This document shows positions 20,852-30,943 of a DNA stretch of 64,000 bases, piece after piece; within the stretch, counting starts at the first letter, position 1, and each line of letters opens with the position of its first letter. The notes under the pieces were generated by a model, which saw nothing but the letters and a program-made list of their open reading frames with translations, ran no database searches and was not told where the DNA came from. The DNA comes from Promethearchaeota archaeon. GTDB lineage: Archaea > Asgardarchaeota > Lokiarchaeia > Sigyniarchaeales > SOKP01. The DNA is taken from assembly GCA_016839555.1 (NCBI GenBank), contig JAEOUA010000007.1:128001-192000 (forward strand), in the 5' to 3' direction. Made by a program: the position numbers and the translations under genes.

Positions 20852-22375
20852 TTATTCTCCAGCGTGTTTAACGCCTAATATATCTGCTATTCTTGGATTT
20901 GGCCCGATATATCTGAGTCTGTCTCTATTAGAGCGCAATGATTCTACGGAGTCTATGCCCATTGCCCCTAGAACTTCTTTCAATTCCTCATTCCAGCTAT
21001 GAAAAAGATTAATAATCCTGTTTCGAGCCATATCTATATCCAATCGTCTAACGAGATACTCTTGTTGAGTTGCAATACCCCATGAACAAAGTCCTCGAAA
21101 GCATTGTTGACAGACGCGACATCCCATAGCTATTAACACAGGCATACCTACCATACAAACATCAGCTCCTAATGCAATGGCTTTAATTAAGTCTGCTGAA
21201 TATCTGATTGAACCCCCTGCCACAAGTGTAATTTGATCTCGCAGATTTTCCTGACGTAAACGCTCATCCACAGCAGCGATTGCTAATTCTATAGGAATGC
21301 CCGCATGATCTCTTATAATTCGAGGGGCAGCACCGGTACCCCCTCTAAAACCATCGAGCGTAATAAAATCCGCACCGCCTCTGACTATTCCCACAGCAAT
21401 AGGGGCAGAATTATGAACAGCCGCTATTTTTACTCCTATAGGGACTTTATATCGTGTTGCCTCTTTTAATGCTGCTATTAATTGGGCTAAATCTTCTATT
21501 GAATAGATATCATGATGAGGATAAGGACTTAATGCATCAGAACCTTTAGGAATCATACGAGTTTGAGAAATTAAACTGTTAACTTTCTCACCTGGAAGAT
21601 GTCCCCCATGACCAGGTTTCGCTCCTTGTCCGATTTTAATTTCTATTCCAGCTGCATTTTTAAGATAATTGATATCTACGCCAAATCTCCCCGAAGCTAT
21701 TTCAGTAATAATATTAGGACCGTATTCATAAAAATCTTGATGTAGTCCACCTTCACCTGAACCCGCTAATATGTTTAACTCTTTAACTGCTTGATAAATC
21801 GCCATAACAGCATTATAACTTATTGAGCCAAGACTCATATGGCCAACCATTATAGGCATAGCAATCTCGAAATTAGGTGAAAAATCTGTTTTGAGTGAAA
21901 TTTCATCTGGGTCATCTAAATTATAGCAAAATTCTAGCTTTTCTGGTTTCCGTCCAAAAAAAATTTTTGTTTCAATAGTCTCTCTTAATGGATCAATGGC
22001 AGGATTAGTAACTTGGCAAGCATCGAGCAACAAATCGTCAAAAATAACTGGAATTGGACGATCATTTCCAGTAGCAGAAAGTAACACCCCACCATCTCCT
22101 GCTTGCCTCCAAATTATATTTCGAATTCTTCTCGTGTAATTACCATGAGGAGGTAAATAAGAATCATTTCTTACAATTCTTATGGCTTTATCAGGGCACA
22201 TTGCTACACATCGATTACACGCAACACATTTTGAATCATCTGAAACTATTCTTTCACCATTAAAAGAAAGTGCACCATAGCTGCAGTGCGTTGTGCAACG
22301 CTTGCATTTTTTACAAGATTCTTGGTCTATTTTAACTTTGAAGTAAGATGGTATTTTGTGAGCTAATGAAGACAT
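20852..22375 (-). CDS. gltB: Archaeal glutamate synthase FMN-binding subunit with N-terminal 2x[4Fe-4S] ferredoxin domain
   Basis: CxxCxxCxxxC twice; MSLGSIS, SGEGG, EIKIGQGAKPGHGGHLPGEKV, DGFRGGTGAAP and CRVCQQC motifs. Confidence 0.93.
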   Translation of the reverse strand: MSSLAHKIPSYFKVKIDQESCKKCKRCTTHCSYGALSFNGERIVSDDSKCVACNRCVAMCPDKAIRIVRNDSYLPPHGNYTRRIRNIIWRQAGDGGVLLSATGNDRPIPVIFDDLLLDACQVTNPAIDPLRETIETKIFFGRKPEKLEFCYNLDDPDEISLKTDFSPNFEIAMPIMVGHMSLGSISYNAVMAIYQAVKELNILAGSGEGGLHQDFYEYGPNIITEIASGRFGVDINYLKNAAGIEIKIGQGAKPGHGGHLPGEKVNSLISQTRMIPKGSDALSPYPHHDIYSIEDLAQLIAALKEATRYKVPIGVKIAAVHNSAPIAVGIVRGGADFITLDGFRGGTGAAPRIIRDHAGIPIELAIAAVDERLRQENLRDQITLVAGGSIRYSADLIKAIALGADVCMVGMPVLIAMGCRVCQQCFRGLCSWGIATQQEYLVRRLDIDMARNRIINLFHSWNEELKEVLGAMGIDSVESLRSNRDRLRYIGPNPRIADILGVKHAGE

Positions 22376-23574
22376 TATGAATTACCTCCCATAATAGTTA
22401 ATTTAATTTTTTCAAATGGTTGTTTGAGTCCATCATTAATTAATCCCTCGCCCACTCTTGCAATAATAGCTGTCCCACTTTTAGGATGCCAAATCTCTTT
22501 AAAATTAAATCCGTTGCTGGAATCTAAGATAAGGCGTCTAAAGGAGGCTTCTTCACTGCTCAGAAATATAGTATTTTCATCATCTGATAATCCTGCCACG
22601 AGAGGGCGGAGTTTTTTTCTATCAGAAAGACCAATTAGAGTAGGAATTGGATCCGTCATCCCAACTACAATAGAGAAGGGACCATTTAACATAGTAGATC
22701 GATAAGTTGCTCTTAAATTTTTTAGAATATATTGATATTTTTTATCCATTTGGTTAATCTCTTTAAATAATGGAGGTGCTAATGCAATAGTCGTGATTGA
22801 AAGAGGTATTTTATGTTTTCTTACTAATAAATCGAAAAGATAAGCAATAACCTCAGTGTCAGTTTTTAAGGTACATTTATATCCAAATGATTCTAAGTAT
22901 CGCATATTAGTACCATAAGATGTAATTTCCCCATTATGAACTACACTTGTTCCTAAAAGATTGAATGGGTGTGCGCCACCCCACCATCCAGGTGTATTTG
23001 TCGGAAATCTACTATGTGCTAGCCACATATAAGCTTTATAATCTTTAATATTATAAAAGTCTGCAATTTCATAAGACCATCCATTTCCTTTAAAGACCCC
23101 CATATTTTTACCAGATGACATAATATAAGCCCCTTCGAAGTTGGAATTAATATCCATGACCAATTGGACGACTTCTTCATCAGGCGAAACACTTTTCATC
23201 TCTTTTGGTTCATAGAATACTCGCCAAGTGATAGGTGGAAAATCAATATGTCCGGGAACTTTCGTTGGGATGGCTTCAGAATGAATAATATAACCCATTT
23301 TTTCTAGATGGTTTATAACATGTTCCTTGCATTTTTCATGGTCAAATAAAAAATGAAGAGCATAATAATCTTTATATTTTGGATAAATTCCATAGCCTGC
23401 AAAACCAGCACCTAATCCGTTTTCTCTTTCACTTAAAATACAAAGCATATCAAATACTTTTTGTCCACTTTCTCTTTCACTGTTTAAATTTAAAAAGCCA
23501 GAAATTCCACATCCGTCAAAAACTCTTTCATTTCGAAAAAGCTCTGGTAAAGAAGTATAATTTTTCCAAATCAT
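22375..23574 (-). CDS. Glutamate synthase class II glutamine amidotransferase subunit (GltB domain 1)
   Basis: Propeptide then DG-CGISG (N-terminal nucleophile Cys); HSRFPTNT, AHPF, HNGEI and TDTE motifs. Confidence 0.92.
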   Translation of the reverse strand: MIWKNYTSLPELFRNERVFDGCGISGFLNLNSERESGQKVFDMLCILSERENGLGAGFAGYGIYPKYKDYYALHFLFDHEKCKEHVINHLEKMGYIIHSEAIPTKVPGHIDFPPITWRVFYEPKEMKSVSPDEEVVQLVMDINSNFEGAYIMSSGKNMGVFKGNGWSYEIADFYNIKDYKAYMWLAHSRFPTNTPGWWGGAHPFNLLGTSVVHNGEITSYGTNMRYLESFGYKCTLKTDTEVIAYLFDLLVRKHKIPLSITTIALAPPLFKEINQMDKKYQYILKNLRATYRSTMLNGPFSIVVGMTDPIPTLIGLSDRKKLRPLVAGLSDDENTIFLSSEEASFRRLILDSSNGFNFKEIWHPKSGTAIIARVGEGLINDGLKQPFEKIKLTIMGGNS

Positions 23575-23594
23575 TTTCTTGTTGTTTTCTCAAT

Positions 23595-24926
23595 TTATTT
23601 ATTATTTTTTACTTTATTAATTAAAACTTTCAAATCTTCAAGCTCTGGTTTAACCGTTTCTAAACCAACTCGTTGGCGAGCGACTTTCGAAAACATAGTA
23701 ACAATCCCTTCTTTTTCAAAAGTGGTTAGTTCATCTTTAAACCCATCAGCAATAAATCCTCTTTCTTTAGCTAAATTACGTAAAATGGTAAACAACTCAA
23801 CTAATCCAATCTTCATAGGACAAAGTTCATAACAAACATAACAATCAAGGCATAACCAAATCGATGGATCTTCAATTACTTTATCAATCTTTCCGTTTAG
23901 AATCTTTTTAACTATTTTTTGTGGATTGAATTCTTGCGGCAAATATTTTGCTACTGGACAGTCATTATTACACGCACCACAAGAATAGCAGGTTTTTAAA
24001 AATTCCAAGTTGAAATATTTCTCTATTTCTTTATTTTTTTGATGGATATCATCGATTTTTTCAAATATACCATTAACTTGAGTTCGATGATACTTCTTTA
24101 TCATATTTTTTATATCTAAGCCTAATGCTATACATAATAATTCCGAATAATAAAGCACGGGAATGTCAAAATCATAATCTAACTTTTTTAATTCTTTCTG
24201 GAGATGATCAAATTGAATAAAACATTGAGGACATCCTACAACAATTACATCAACATTTTCTTTTTTCATACTTTCTAGTTTAGTCAAGACCATTTCTAAC
24301 CCAGAATCAGGATTTCCGGCTCTTGCAAGACTGCCTCCGCAACAATCCATTTTATGAATATAGTCCACGCTTTTTGCTCCAAGATCTTCAATTAATTTAT
24401 CAAACATATGTGGTTCCATAGGATCATCCATTTGTATTTTATTGCTGGGTCGAAGGAAGTGGCATCCATAATGCACTGCAACCCGTAGTCCATTTAATTG
24501 ATATTTAATTTTTTCTTTTATAACATCACTACCCAATTTATGAAAAAATTCAATTAAATGATACACATCTGAAGCACCCTCAACGTGTAAATCAATATTT
24601 TTTAAATATTTATTCATCTTATTCCTGAAATGACTATCGACCTTTATTTCACTCCGGATTCCTTTTAAAGTCTCAAAACATCCATTACATGGAGTTAGTA
24701 TATCTTTTTTGTCTTTTTCAGCTATGCCAAGGTTCCTAGATGCGGTTATATTATAAATTAATTGATTTGAATTTTTAATTCCGTTTGGTTCCGGACAACA
24801 TGAAAATCTATTACTTTCTGTATATTGGATATTGAATGATTCTAAAGCTTTTTTAACGGATATCTCTATAAACGGTAAACGATATGAAATCATACATCCA
24901 GGAAATAAGATTATATTATCTCTAAT
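23595..24926 (-). CDS. Heterodisulfide reductase-like HdrB (CCG) - HdrC (4Fe-4S) fusion; probable ATT start at 24926
   Basis: CCP, TPCNGC, HYGCH, DCCG and GCPQC motifs, then CYSCGACNNDCP and WLCLDCYVCYELCP. The conserved LFPGC lies in frame upstream of the called ATG (24893). Confidence 0.88.
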   Translation of the reverse strand: MRDNIILFPGCMISYRLPFIEISVKKALESFNIQYTESNRFSCCPEPNGIKNSNQLIYNITASRNLGIAEKDKKDILTPCNGCFETLKGIRSEIKVDSHFRNKMNKYLKNIDLHVEGASDVYHLIEFFHKLGSDVIKEKIKYQLNGLRVAVHYGCHFLRPSNKIQMDDPMEPHMFDKLIEDLGAKSVDYIHKMDCCGGSLARAGNPDSGLEMVLTKLESMKKENVDVIVVGCPQCFIQFDHLQKELKKLDYDFDIPVLYYSELLCIALGLDIKNMIKKYHRTQVNGIFEKIDDIHQKNKEIEKYFNLEFLKTCYSCGACNNDCPVAKYLPQEFNPQKIVKKILNGKIDKVIEDPSIWLCLDCYVCYELCPMKIGLVELFTILRNLAKERGFIADGFKDELTTFEKEGIVTMFSKVARQRVGLETVKPELEDLKVLINKVKNNK

Positions 24927-25472
24927 TGTTTTGAATCCTCGCTTTGGAAAATATATATATTCTTTAACTATATTATATTTAACTTAAATAACTATATTAT
25001 CTCACATAATATAAAGTTTTCTATTAGATAAAAAAAAAATTTATTTTTACAAAATTATTCTCATATAACATGCGTATATGCAAAGTTATATTGGTTATAT
25101 TATGTATTTTGTAAAAAAATAAGAATATAGAATTAGAATATTTAATTTTTTTCTAATATATTGTTTCATTAATATTTTTTAATATTTTATTCATTTATTG
25201 TTGATCACTTTATTAAAATTCTATTTTTTGCTTTAATTTATTAATAGGTTCTAAATATTTAGATCTGAAAATGTAAAATAAAAATTTTAACTCTCATTCG
25301 AATAAATATTTAATTATTTTGCTATGTTTAAAGATTTTAATAATTTTGTAAATAATTTTATGTTTTCTTCATTATATAGAGTCCCAATTAATTTTAATAT
25401 TGATAAAATTAGCTTTATTTTACAGTATTTCTAAAGATCTTTCTTGTTTTCAATAAAAAAATTGTTGCTATT

Positions 25473-27320
25473 TCAACTGCTTTCTGGAATTAATATAATG
25501 AAATTACTCCCTTTCGAAGAGTCTCCTTTAACATTGTTTTCTACCCAAATATCTCCATTATAGATTTCTAAAATTTTTTTCACTAAGGATAGTCCCAATC
25601 CCATCCTCTTACCTCTATATTTTTTTCTATAATCCCTTTTAAAAATTTTAACTTTCATATCATTCGGTATCCCTCTCCCATTGTCGATAAATTCTATTTT
25701 GTAATAATTAATACTCTTTTTATGTTCTCTTGAAATCTTAATTATAATTTCGATATTTGGATTGACATTATGTTGTATAGCATTGTTTAAGATATTTTCA
25801 AACACCTCTCTTAAGAGATTATCAGCTTGAACAAAAATTTTACCAAAAGGATTTCTAATTTTTATAGAAATTTCTTTATCGGGAAAACTATTTAAAATTA
25901 GTTTTCGTATTTTTTTCAAAACTGCTAAAACCTCTGTTGGGTGAAGATCTTTTATTTTTTTGTCTAATTTTGATAATATTTGAATATTAGATATTAAATT
26001 TACCCCTCTTTTAACTTGTTCATCAATGATTTTCAACATTTTTTTAATATTCTTTCTATTTTCTTTATCTTTTAAATATATCATAGATAAATCATTAGAA
26101 TTCATTATTACTTGGAGAATATTGTTTATGTCATGAGCGAATAAATCCTTATATAATTCAGCTTGATTAAATGCTTCCCGATATTTTTTTTCAGATTTTT
26201 TTAGTTTCTGTTCTGCCTCCTTACGTAAAGTTATCTCACGACTAATTCCAATTGTTTTTATAAAAGTATTGTTTTCATCATGTATACCTCTACCATTATA
26301 TTCCAACCATTTGTATGATCCGTCTCTACATTTAAATCTCACTTCATTTTTCAAAAATTCTTTTTGTTTTACTTTTTCAAAATCATGAAGAACTTTATTT
26401 ATATCTTCAGGATGGACATATTTAAAAGCCACAGTTCCGATTAGCTCTTCGGGAGCGTACCCTAAAACTTTTTTATAAGCTTCATTACAATATAAAAACC
26501 TTCCTTCGTGATCATTTATAGAAATTAAATCATTTATGTTTTTAGAAATTAATTGATATAATTCTTTGGAAATTTCTGATTCCTGTAACATCTCTTTATA
26601 TTCGGTAAGCTCCCGAACGAAAACGGCAATTATTGGCTGGTTCTGTAACTTAATTTTGACTAAAGTAGTTTCAGCAGGAAATGTGCTTCCATCTTTTCGC
26701 TTGTGCATTCCGATTACTTTAGTATGCTCACCGAATGCTAATTTCTCCCAATATCTTTTTTTATGCTCCATAGGAATAACTTCAAGAGCTACATCTGCGG
26801 CATTCAATTGTAAAAACTCTTCTCTTGTGTACCCTGATCTTTTTAATGTTATATCATTTACCATTATAAAATTTCCTTTCAAATCAAGGGCTGCAATAGC
26901 AATACCAGATTTTTCTAACATGATTCTAAAAACTTCTTCAGATTCCTTTAATTCTTGTTCTGCCTTTTTCTTTTCTGTTATATCTTCGGTAATAACCATA
27001 ATTAAATCAGATAATATAGGCTGATAAGTAACATAGAGGATTTTTTCAAGACCCGTGGTTTTAAAAGTATAATTCATTTCTCGGAAGATTTTTACTTTCT
27101 CATTAATACAGTGATTTAAATCTCTTAAAATTTCGGGCTGATTTTTATGGAATATTGAAGCTTTAATACCTAAAATATCTCGGACTTTTCTGTTGGTTAT
27201 ATCTTCAGCAGCTTTATTATAATCTAAAAGAATTAACTCCTTTTCAATGTTTTTCCATATATAAACTGGATATGGAAATAATTTGACTATTGTTTCTAAT
27301 TTCTCTTTTGAAATGTTCAT
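25473..27320 (-). CDS. Cytoplasmic multi-PAS histidine kinase
   Basis: Three PAS/PAC-like units (RKDGSTFP, VHPED, CRDGSYKW); FAHDINN H-box, NILNNAIQH, DNGRG and GLGL. Confidence 0.9.
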   Translation of the reverse strand: MNISKEKLETIVKLFPYPVYIWKNIEKELILLDYNKAAEDITNRKVRDILGIKASIFHKNQPEILRDLNHCINEKVKIFREMNYTFKTTGLEKILYVTYQPILSDLIMVITEDITEKKKAEQELKESEEVFRIMLEKSGIAIAALDLKGNFIMVNDITLKRSGYTREEFLQLNAADVALEVIPMEHKKRYWEKLAFGEHTKVIGMHKRKDGSTFPAETTLVKIKLQNQPIIAVFVRELTEYKEMLQESEISKELYQLISKNINDLISINDHEGRFLYCNEAYKKVLGYAPEELIGTVAFKYVHPEDINKVLHDFEKVKQKEFLKNEVRFKCRDGSYKWLEYNGRGIHDENNTFIKTIGISREITLRKEAEQKLKKSEKKYREAFNQAELYKDLFAHDINNILQVIMNSNDLSMIYLKDKENRKNIKKMLKIIDEQVKRGVNLISNIQILSKLDKKIKDLHPTEVLAVLKKIRKLILNSFPDKEISIKIRNPFGKIFVQADNLLREVFENILNNAIQHNVNPNIEIIIKISREHKKSINYYKIEFIDNGRGIPNDMKVKIFKRDYRKKYRGKRMGLGLSLVKKILEIYNGDIWVENNVKGDSSKGSNFIILIPESS

Positions 27321-27601
27321 AACTTTTTGAGTATCCTTTAAAGCTGATAAAAACTTTCTCTTATTTCTTTAAGGAAAATAAATGATGATACTAATATTTT
27401 TTAGTATAAAATATCACTTCTTTTATTTAAATATTCATACTATTTTTTATTTAAATGCTATATAACCTTACATTAGGAGAAGTAATTATTAATAATTAGT
27501 TTTAAATTTTGGATTATATTGAAAAAGTTAAAGAAATTGCATAATTATAATATATCAATCTTGATTTCACAAATATATAAAAAATTAGGAGTATAGCAAA
27601 A

Positions 27602-28450
27602 TTAACTTGATGGTCTTTTGCTCCGAATTTCAGTTTTAGGAATATCTTTAAATTTTTGAATTGTTTTTTCTAATTTTACCTTTTGCTCTTCTAATAAATT
27701 TTTATCTTTTGCTAATTTATCTCTTTCTCGTTTGATTATATTTTTTTCATCTTCAATTCTACGATTTTCTTTTTCTAATTGTCTCTTTTCATCTGCCACA
27801 TTTGATTTTTCTCGTGAAATATCTTTAATAATTCTGTCTTTTTTATCCTCTAAATCCTTTATATCAATTGTTAATTGATCTCTCTCATCTTTTAGATTAT
27901 TTATTTTTCTTTGCCAATCTCTTGCTTCATTTTTTAATTTAGAATTATCTCCTCTTAATTTTTTGATTTTATCTTCTTCTTTCTTTCGAGTTTTTTCAAG
28001 ATCTTTTCTTGCATTTTTAAGGTCGTCTTTTAATTGTGCTAGTTTATCTTTTTCATCTTTTAAATCTTTGAATTCATCATCTAATTGTTCTTTCTTTTTT
28101 CTTAACATATCTTTAGTATTTTGAATTTTATCTTTTTCTTTTTCTAGATTCATTTTTTGATTTTCAATGTTATTCTGCATATCTTGTATATTATCTTTTA
28201 TATCATCCTGCTTTTTTAGCATGTTTTTCATATCTAATTCTATAGATTTTCTCTTATTTTCGAGATCTTCAATATTGGTGTTGTATTTCTGAATTTTTTC
28301 GATAGTGTTCTCCCACTCTTCACGTTCTTTTTTAAGCTTATTTCTTTCCTTTTTAAGTTTTTGAAGAAGTTTTTTACTGGGAAGAGCTCTCTCCTTCTCG
28401 ATTGGAGTTTTTTCTTTTATTTGATATTTATTTGGTGTTTTTTCTTGCAT
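27602..28450 (-). CDS. Long coiled-coil protein
   Basis: K/E/D/L-rich continuous heptad pattern over about 240 aa with no Pro in the core. ATG 28450 is preferred over the track's TTG 28477. Confidence 0.75.
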   Translation of the reverse strand: MQEKTPNKYQIKEKTPIEKERALPSKKLLQKLKKERNKLKKEREEWENTIEKIQKYNTNIEDLENKRKSIELDMKNMLKKQDDIKDNIQDMQNNIENQKMNLEKEKDKIQNTKDMLRKKKEQLDDEFKDLKDEKDKLAQLKDDLKNARKDLEKTRKKEEDKIKKLRGDNSKLKNEARDWQRKINNLKDERDQLTIDIKDLEDKKDRIIKDISREKSNVADEKRQLEKENRRIEDEKNIIKRERDKLAKDKNLLEEQKVKLEKTIQKFKDIPKTEIRSKRPSS

Positions 28451-28598
28451 ACTTTTCTTCACTATATTCTTATACAAAATAATAGAATTTATTTCTTTAG
28501 CAAATTCATGTTTAAAAAAAAACTCATTTATATAGTTTAATTTGTATGTGTGTATTAATAAAAATAGTACTCAATTAAAAATAAGAGGTTTATATAAA

Positions 28599-28967
28599 AT
28601 GAGTTTTGATGAGGAATTTGATGAGGAATTTGACGAAGATCTTGGTGGTCCCTCGGAAAAGGCTCCAAGTAAGAAATTTAAATCGAAAACCCCAGAAATA
28701 AAAGGACCTTCCGGTGGAAAAAAGATTTCCCTCTATTTTACCTCTACAGTAGGTCCAGGAGAAAAGAAACAAAAACTTATGGTTGACAATGCTAATCTTG
28801 TTGATGCAATTAAGGAGACAGTGGGAAATATTTTCGGATTAGACCCTAATGACTTTCATTTATCTTCTGGTGGAGTTACTATGGAAGAATCAAGCCCCTT
28901 GAGCGATTACAATGTAGATGATGGAGATGAAGTATTACTCATTCCTAGCTCAACAGCAGGTAAATAA
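28599..28967 (+). CDS. Ubiquitin-like (beta-grasp) modifier with acidic N-terminal extension; C-terminus ...LIPSSTAG-K
   Basis: Ubl-like C-terminal half (PLSDYNVDDGDEVLLIP); GAGG upstream of ATG 28599; first gene of the E1-E2-JAMM-RING operon. Confidence 0.85.
   Translation: MSFDEEFDEEFDEDLGGPSEKAPSKKFKSKTPEIKGPSGGKKISLYFTSTVGPGEKKQKLMVDNANLVDAIKETVGNIFGLDPNDFHLSSGGVTMEESSPLSDYNVDDGDEVLLIPSSTAGK
28605..28640 (+). repeat. 12-bp tandem repeat encoding (FDEE)2-FDED
   Basis: tttgatgaggaa tttgatgaggaa tttgacgaagat. Confidence 0.8.
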
Positions 28968-29077
28968 ATAATTTATTGGTATTTGGTAATTATTTATTTT
29001 TCAATTATGGAATTTTTTTATTTTTTTAATTTTTTTAAATTATTAACCAAGCAATAATTATATAAAGATTTGATTTT

Positions 29078-30304
29078 ATGATAAAAGAATCTGATTTTTT
29101 TAGTGAAATGTTAACCTCAGAAGAACGAGAGCTATATGATAGACAATTCCGTTTAGAAGGGTGGTCTCAAAAGGTCGTTAAGAATTCTCGAGTGTTAATT
29201 ATAGGTATTGGGGGTTTAGGGTGTGAGATAGCTAAAAATCTTGCAATGCTTGGAGTTGGTCATTTAGACTTAGTTGATTTAGATGTTATTGAGTATTCTA
29301 ATTTAAATAGGCAATTATTATTTGCTGGAGCTAAATTGGGTCAGCCGAAAGCCATAGTTGCCGCTGAAAAATTAAAAGAAATAAATCCCAAAATAACTAT
29401 AAAAGCATATCACTCTTCTTTAGAAAGATTAGATCCAATTATTTATAAAAAAGCGGATGTCGTTATTGGCGGACTAGATTCGATGAACGCTCGACTTAAC
29501 CTAAATGCCCATTGTATACGATTTGGAAAACCACTTGTTGATGGAGGTGTAGCTGGATATCATGGACATATGTATACTGTATTTCCATATGTGAATGCAT
29601 GCTATGAATGTAATCCATTGCCTGTAGGTGAAATTGATGACATGGCAGCATGTACGGTGGTCGGCATACCTCGTAAACGTATACATTGTGTATTTAAAGG
29701 TGATATGGCATTTAAAGAAAAATTTGAGCGAGATCCCAATCCGAAGGATATTAATGATATAAAATTTATTCAAAAAGAAGCAAATATATTAGCTGAGAAG
29801 TATGATTTTCTCCCTAAATTCACCAAATCCGATATTTTACAGATTATAGATAGGCATGATCCGGGCATTATCACAATAAATGCCTTAATATCGGCGATGG
29901 AGTCCCATGAGGCTGTAAAAATAATACATTGGATAAACGGACATAAAGCTTTGGGGAGACCAGTGACATCATATGTAGTTTTTAATGCTATGACTATGAA
30001 ATTTTACCATATTGAAAAAAAAAGAAATCCCGAATGTCCTCAATGCGGAAATAATGTAAAAAGAGTAAAAATACAAATAAGAAAGACTTCTCCATGTGAA
30101 AATATTATAAAACTTTTACTAAATAATGGATTTGAATTAGATCCCGATTACGAGCCAATTTTAACCACAATGGATTTTAATAATATCAAAGTAGTGGATT
30201 TGGATAAAACACCGATTGAAAATGATCTTAGGAATTTTGACCTTATAACGGCTGTTGGCTTTAAGAATTTCGGCGAGATTTTTATTACATTAAATTTAGC
30301 ATGA
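29078..30304 (+). CDS. Ubiquitin-like activating enzyme E1
   Basis: YDRQ, GIGGLG, DLDVIEYSNLNRQ, CYEC and CPQC zinc site, catalytic-Cys segment ACTVVGIPRKRIHC, and a C-terminal extension. Confidence 0.93.
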   Translation: MIKESDFFSEMLTSEERELYDRQFRLEGWSQKVVKNSRVLIIGIGGLGCEIAKNLAMLGVGHLDLVDLDVIEYSNLNRQLLFAGAKLGQPKAIVAAEKLKEINPKITIKAYHSSLERLDPIIYKKADVVIGGLDSMNARLNLNAHCIRFGKPLVDGGVAGYHGHMYTVFPYVNACYECNPLPVGEIDDMAACTVVGIPRKRIHCVFKGDMAFKEKFERDPNPKDINDIKFIQKEANILAEKYDFLPKFTKSDILQIIDRHDPGIITINALISAMESHEAVKIIHWINGHKALGRPVTSYVVFNAMTMKFYHIEKKRNPECPQCGNNVKRVKIQIRKTSPCENIIKLLLNNGFELDPDYEPILTTMDFNNIKVVDLDKTPIENDLRNFDLITAVGFKNFGEIFITLNLA

Positions 30305-30403
30305 TTATTCTCTTATAATTTTATTCAAAAAAGTATTTAATAAAAATATATTAGATAGAATTATTACTTAATTTATAAAAATGATATAAAAAGAAGTGAA
30401 ATT

Positions 30404-30931
30404 ATGAGTTTAAGAAGCACGAGGATATCTCAAGATTTTGCGGCATTAAAAAAAATGATAAAAAACGGAACTATAGTCCAATTAAAACCTTGGGATAAAA
30501 AAAACAAGAGTATAGACCATCTTAAGGTTACCATTGAAGGACCAAAAGGAACTGCATATGAGGGGGGATTATTTAGGTTGGAAGTAAAATATCCTCCGCA
30601 ATATCCTAAAGTTCCTCCTTTTCTAAGATTATATACCCCTATTTGGCATCCAAATTTCTGGCCGAAACCCCATGAATATAAAGGGCAGAGAAATATTTGT
30701 TTAGCGTTGATTGATCCCTCATTAATTGGCAAAAAAGGGGGTTGGTCTCCTTCAAAAACTATTGTTACTGTGATCAATGCTATTATTGCGATGTTAAATA
30801 CTCGCGGAAAATATTTTAATCCCACAGATGTTTATAATAAAAAAGCTGCTTTAGAATCTATGAATAAGCGGGATTATTTTGAGAAAAAGGTTAAACATCT
30901 TGTAAAAAAATATGCGAATAAAAAGTGGTGA
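30404..30931 (+). CDS. Ubiquitin-conjugating enzyme E2
   Basis: GPKGTAYEGGLF, YPPQYPKVPP, HPN, NICL (catalytic Cys) and WSP. Confidence 0.95.
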   Translation: MSLRSTRISQDFAALKKMIKNGTIVQLKPWDKKNKSIDHLKVTIEGPKGTAYEGGLFRLEVKYPPQYPKVPPFLRLYTPIWHPNFWPKPHEYKGQRNICLALIDPSLIGKKGGWSPSKTIVTVINAIIAMLNTRGKYFNPTDVYNKKAALESMNKRDYFEKKVKHLVKKYANKKW

Positions 30932-30943
30932 GGAGAAAGGTAG

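Noticed and set aside
28542-28598. Track's TTG start for the Ubl gene
   Set aside because: ATG 28599 has a GAGG motif upstream, and the extra 19 codons look like AT-rich promoter sequence.
29078-30304. E1 as a ThiF/MoeB sulfur-transfer enzyme
   Set aside because: It has a canonical-E1-like catalytic Cys segment and E2, JAMM and RING neighbours; no thiamine or molybdopterin genes are nearby.
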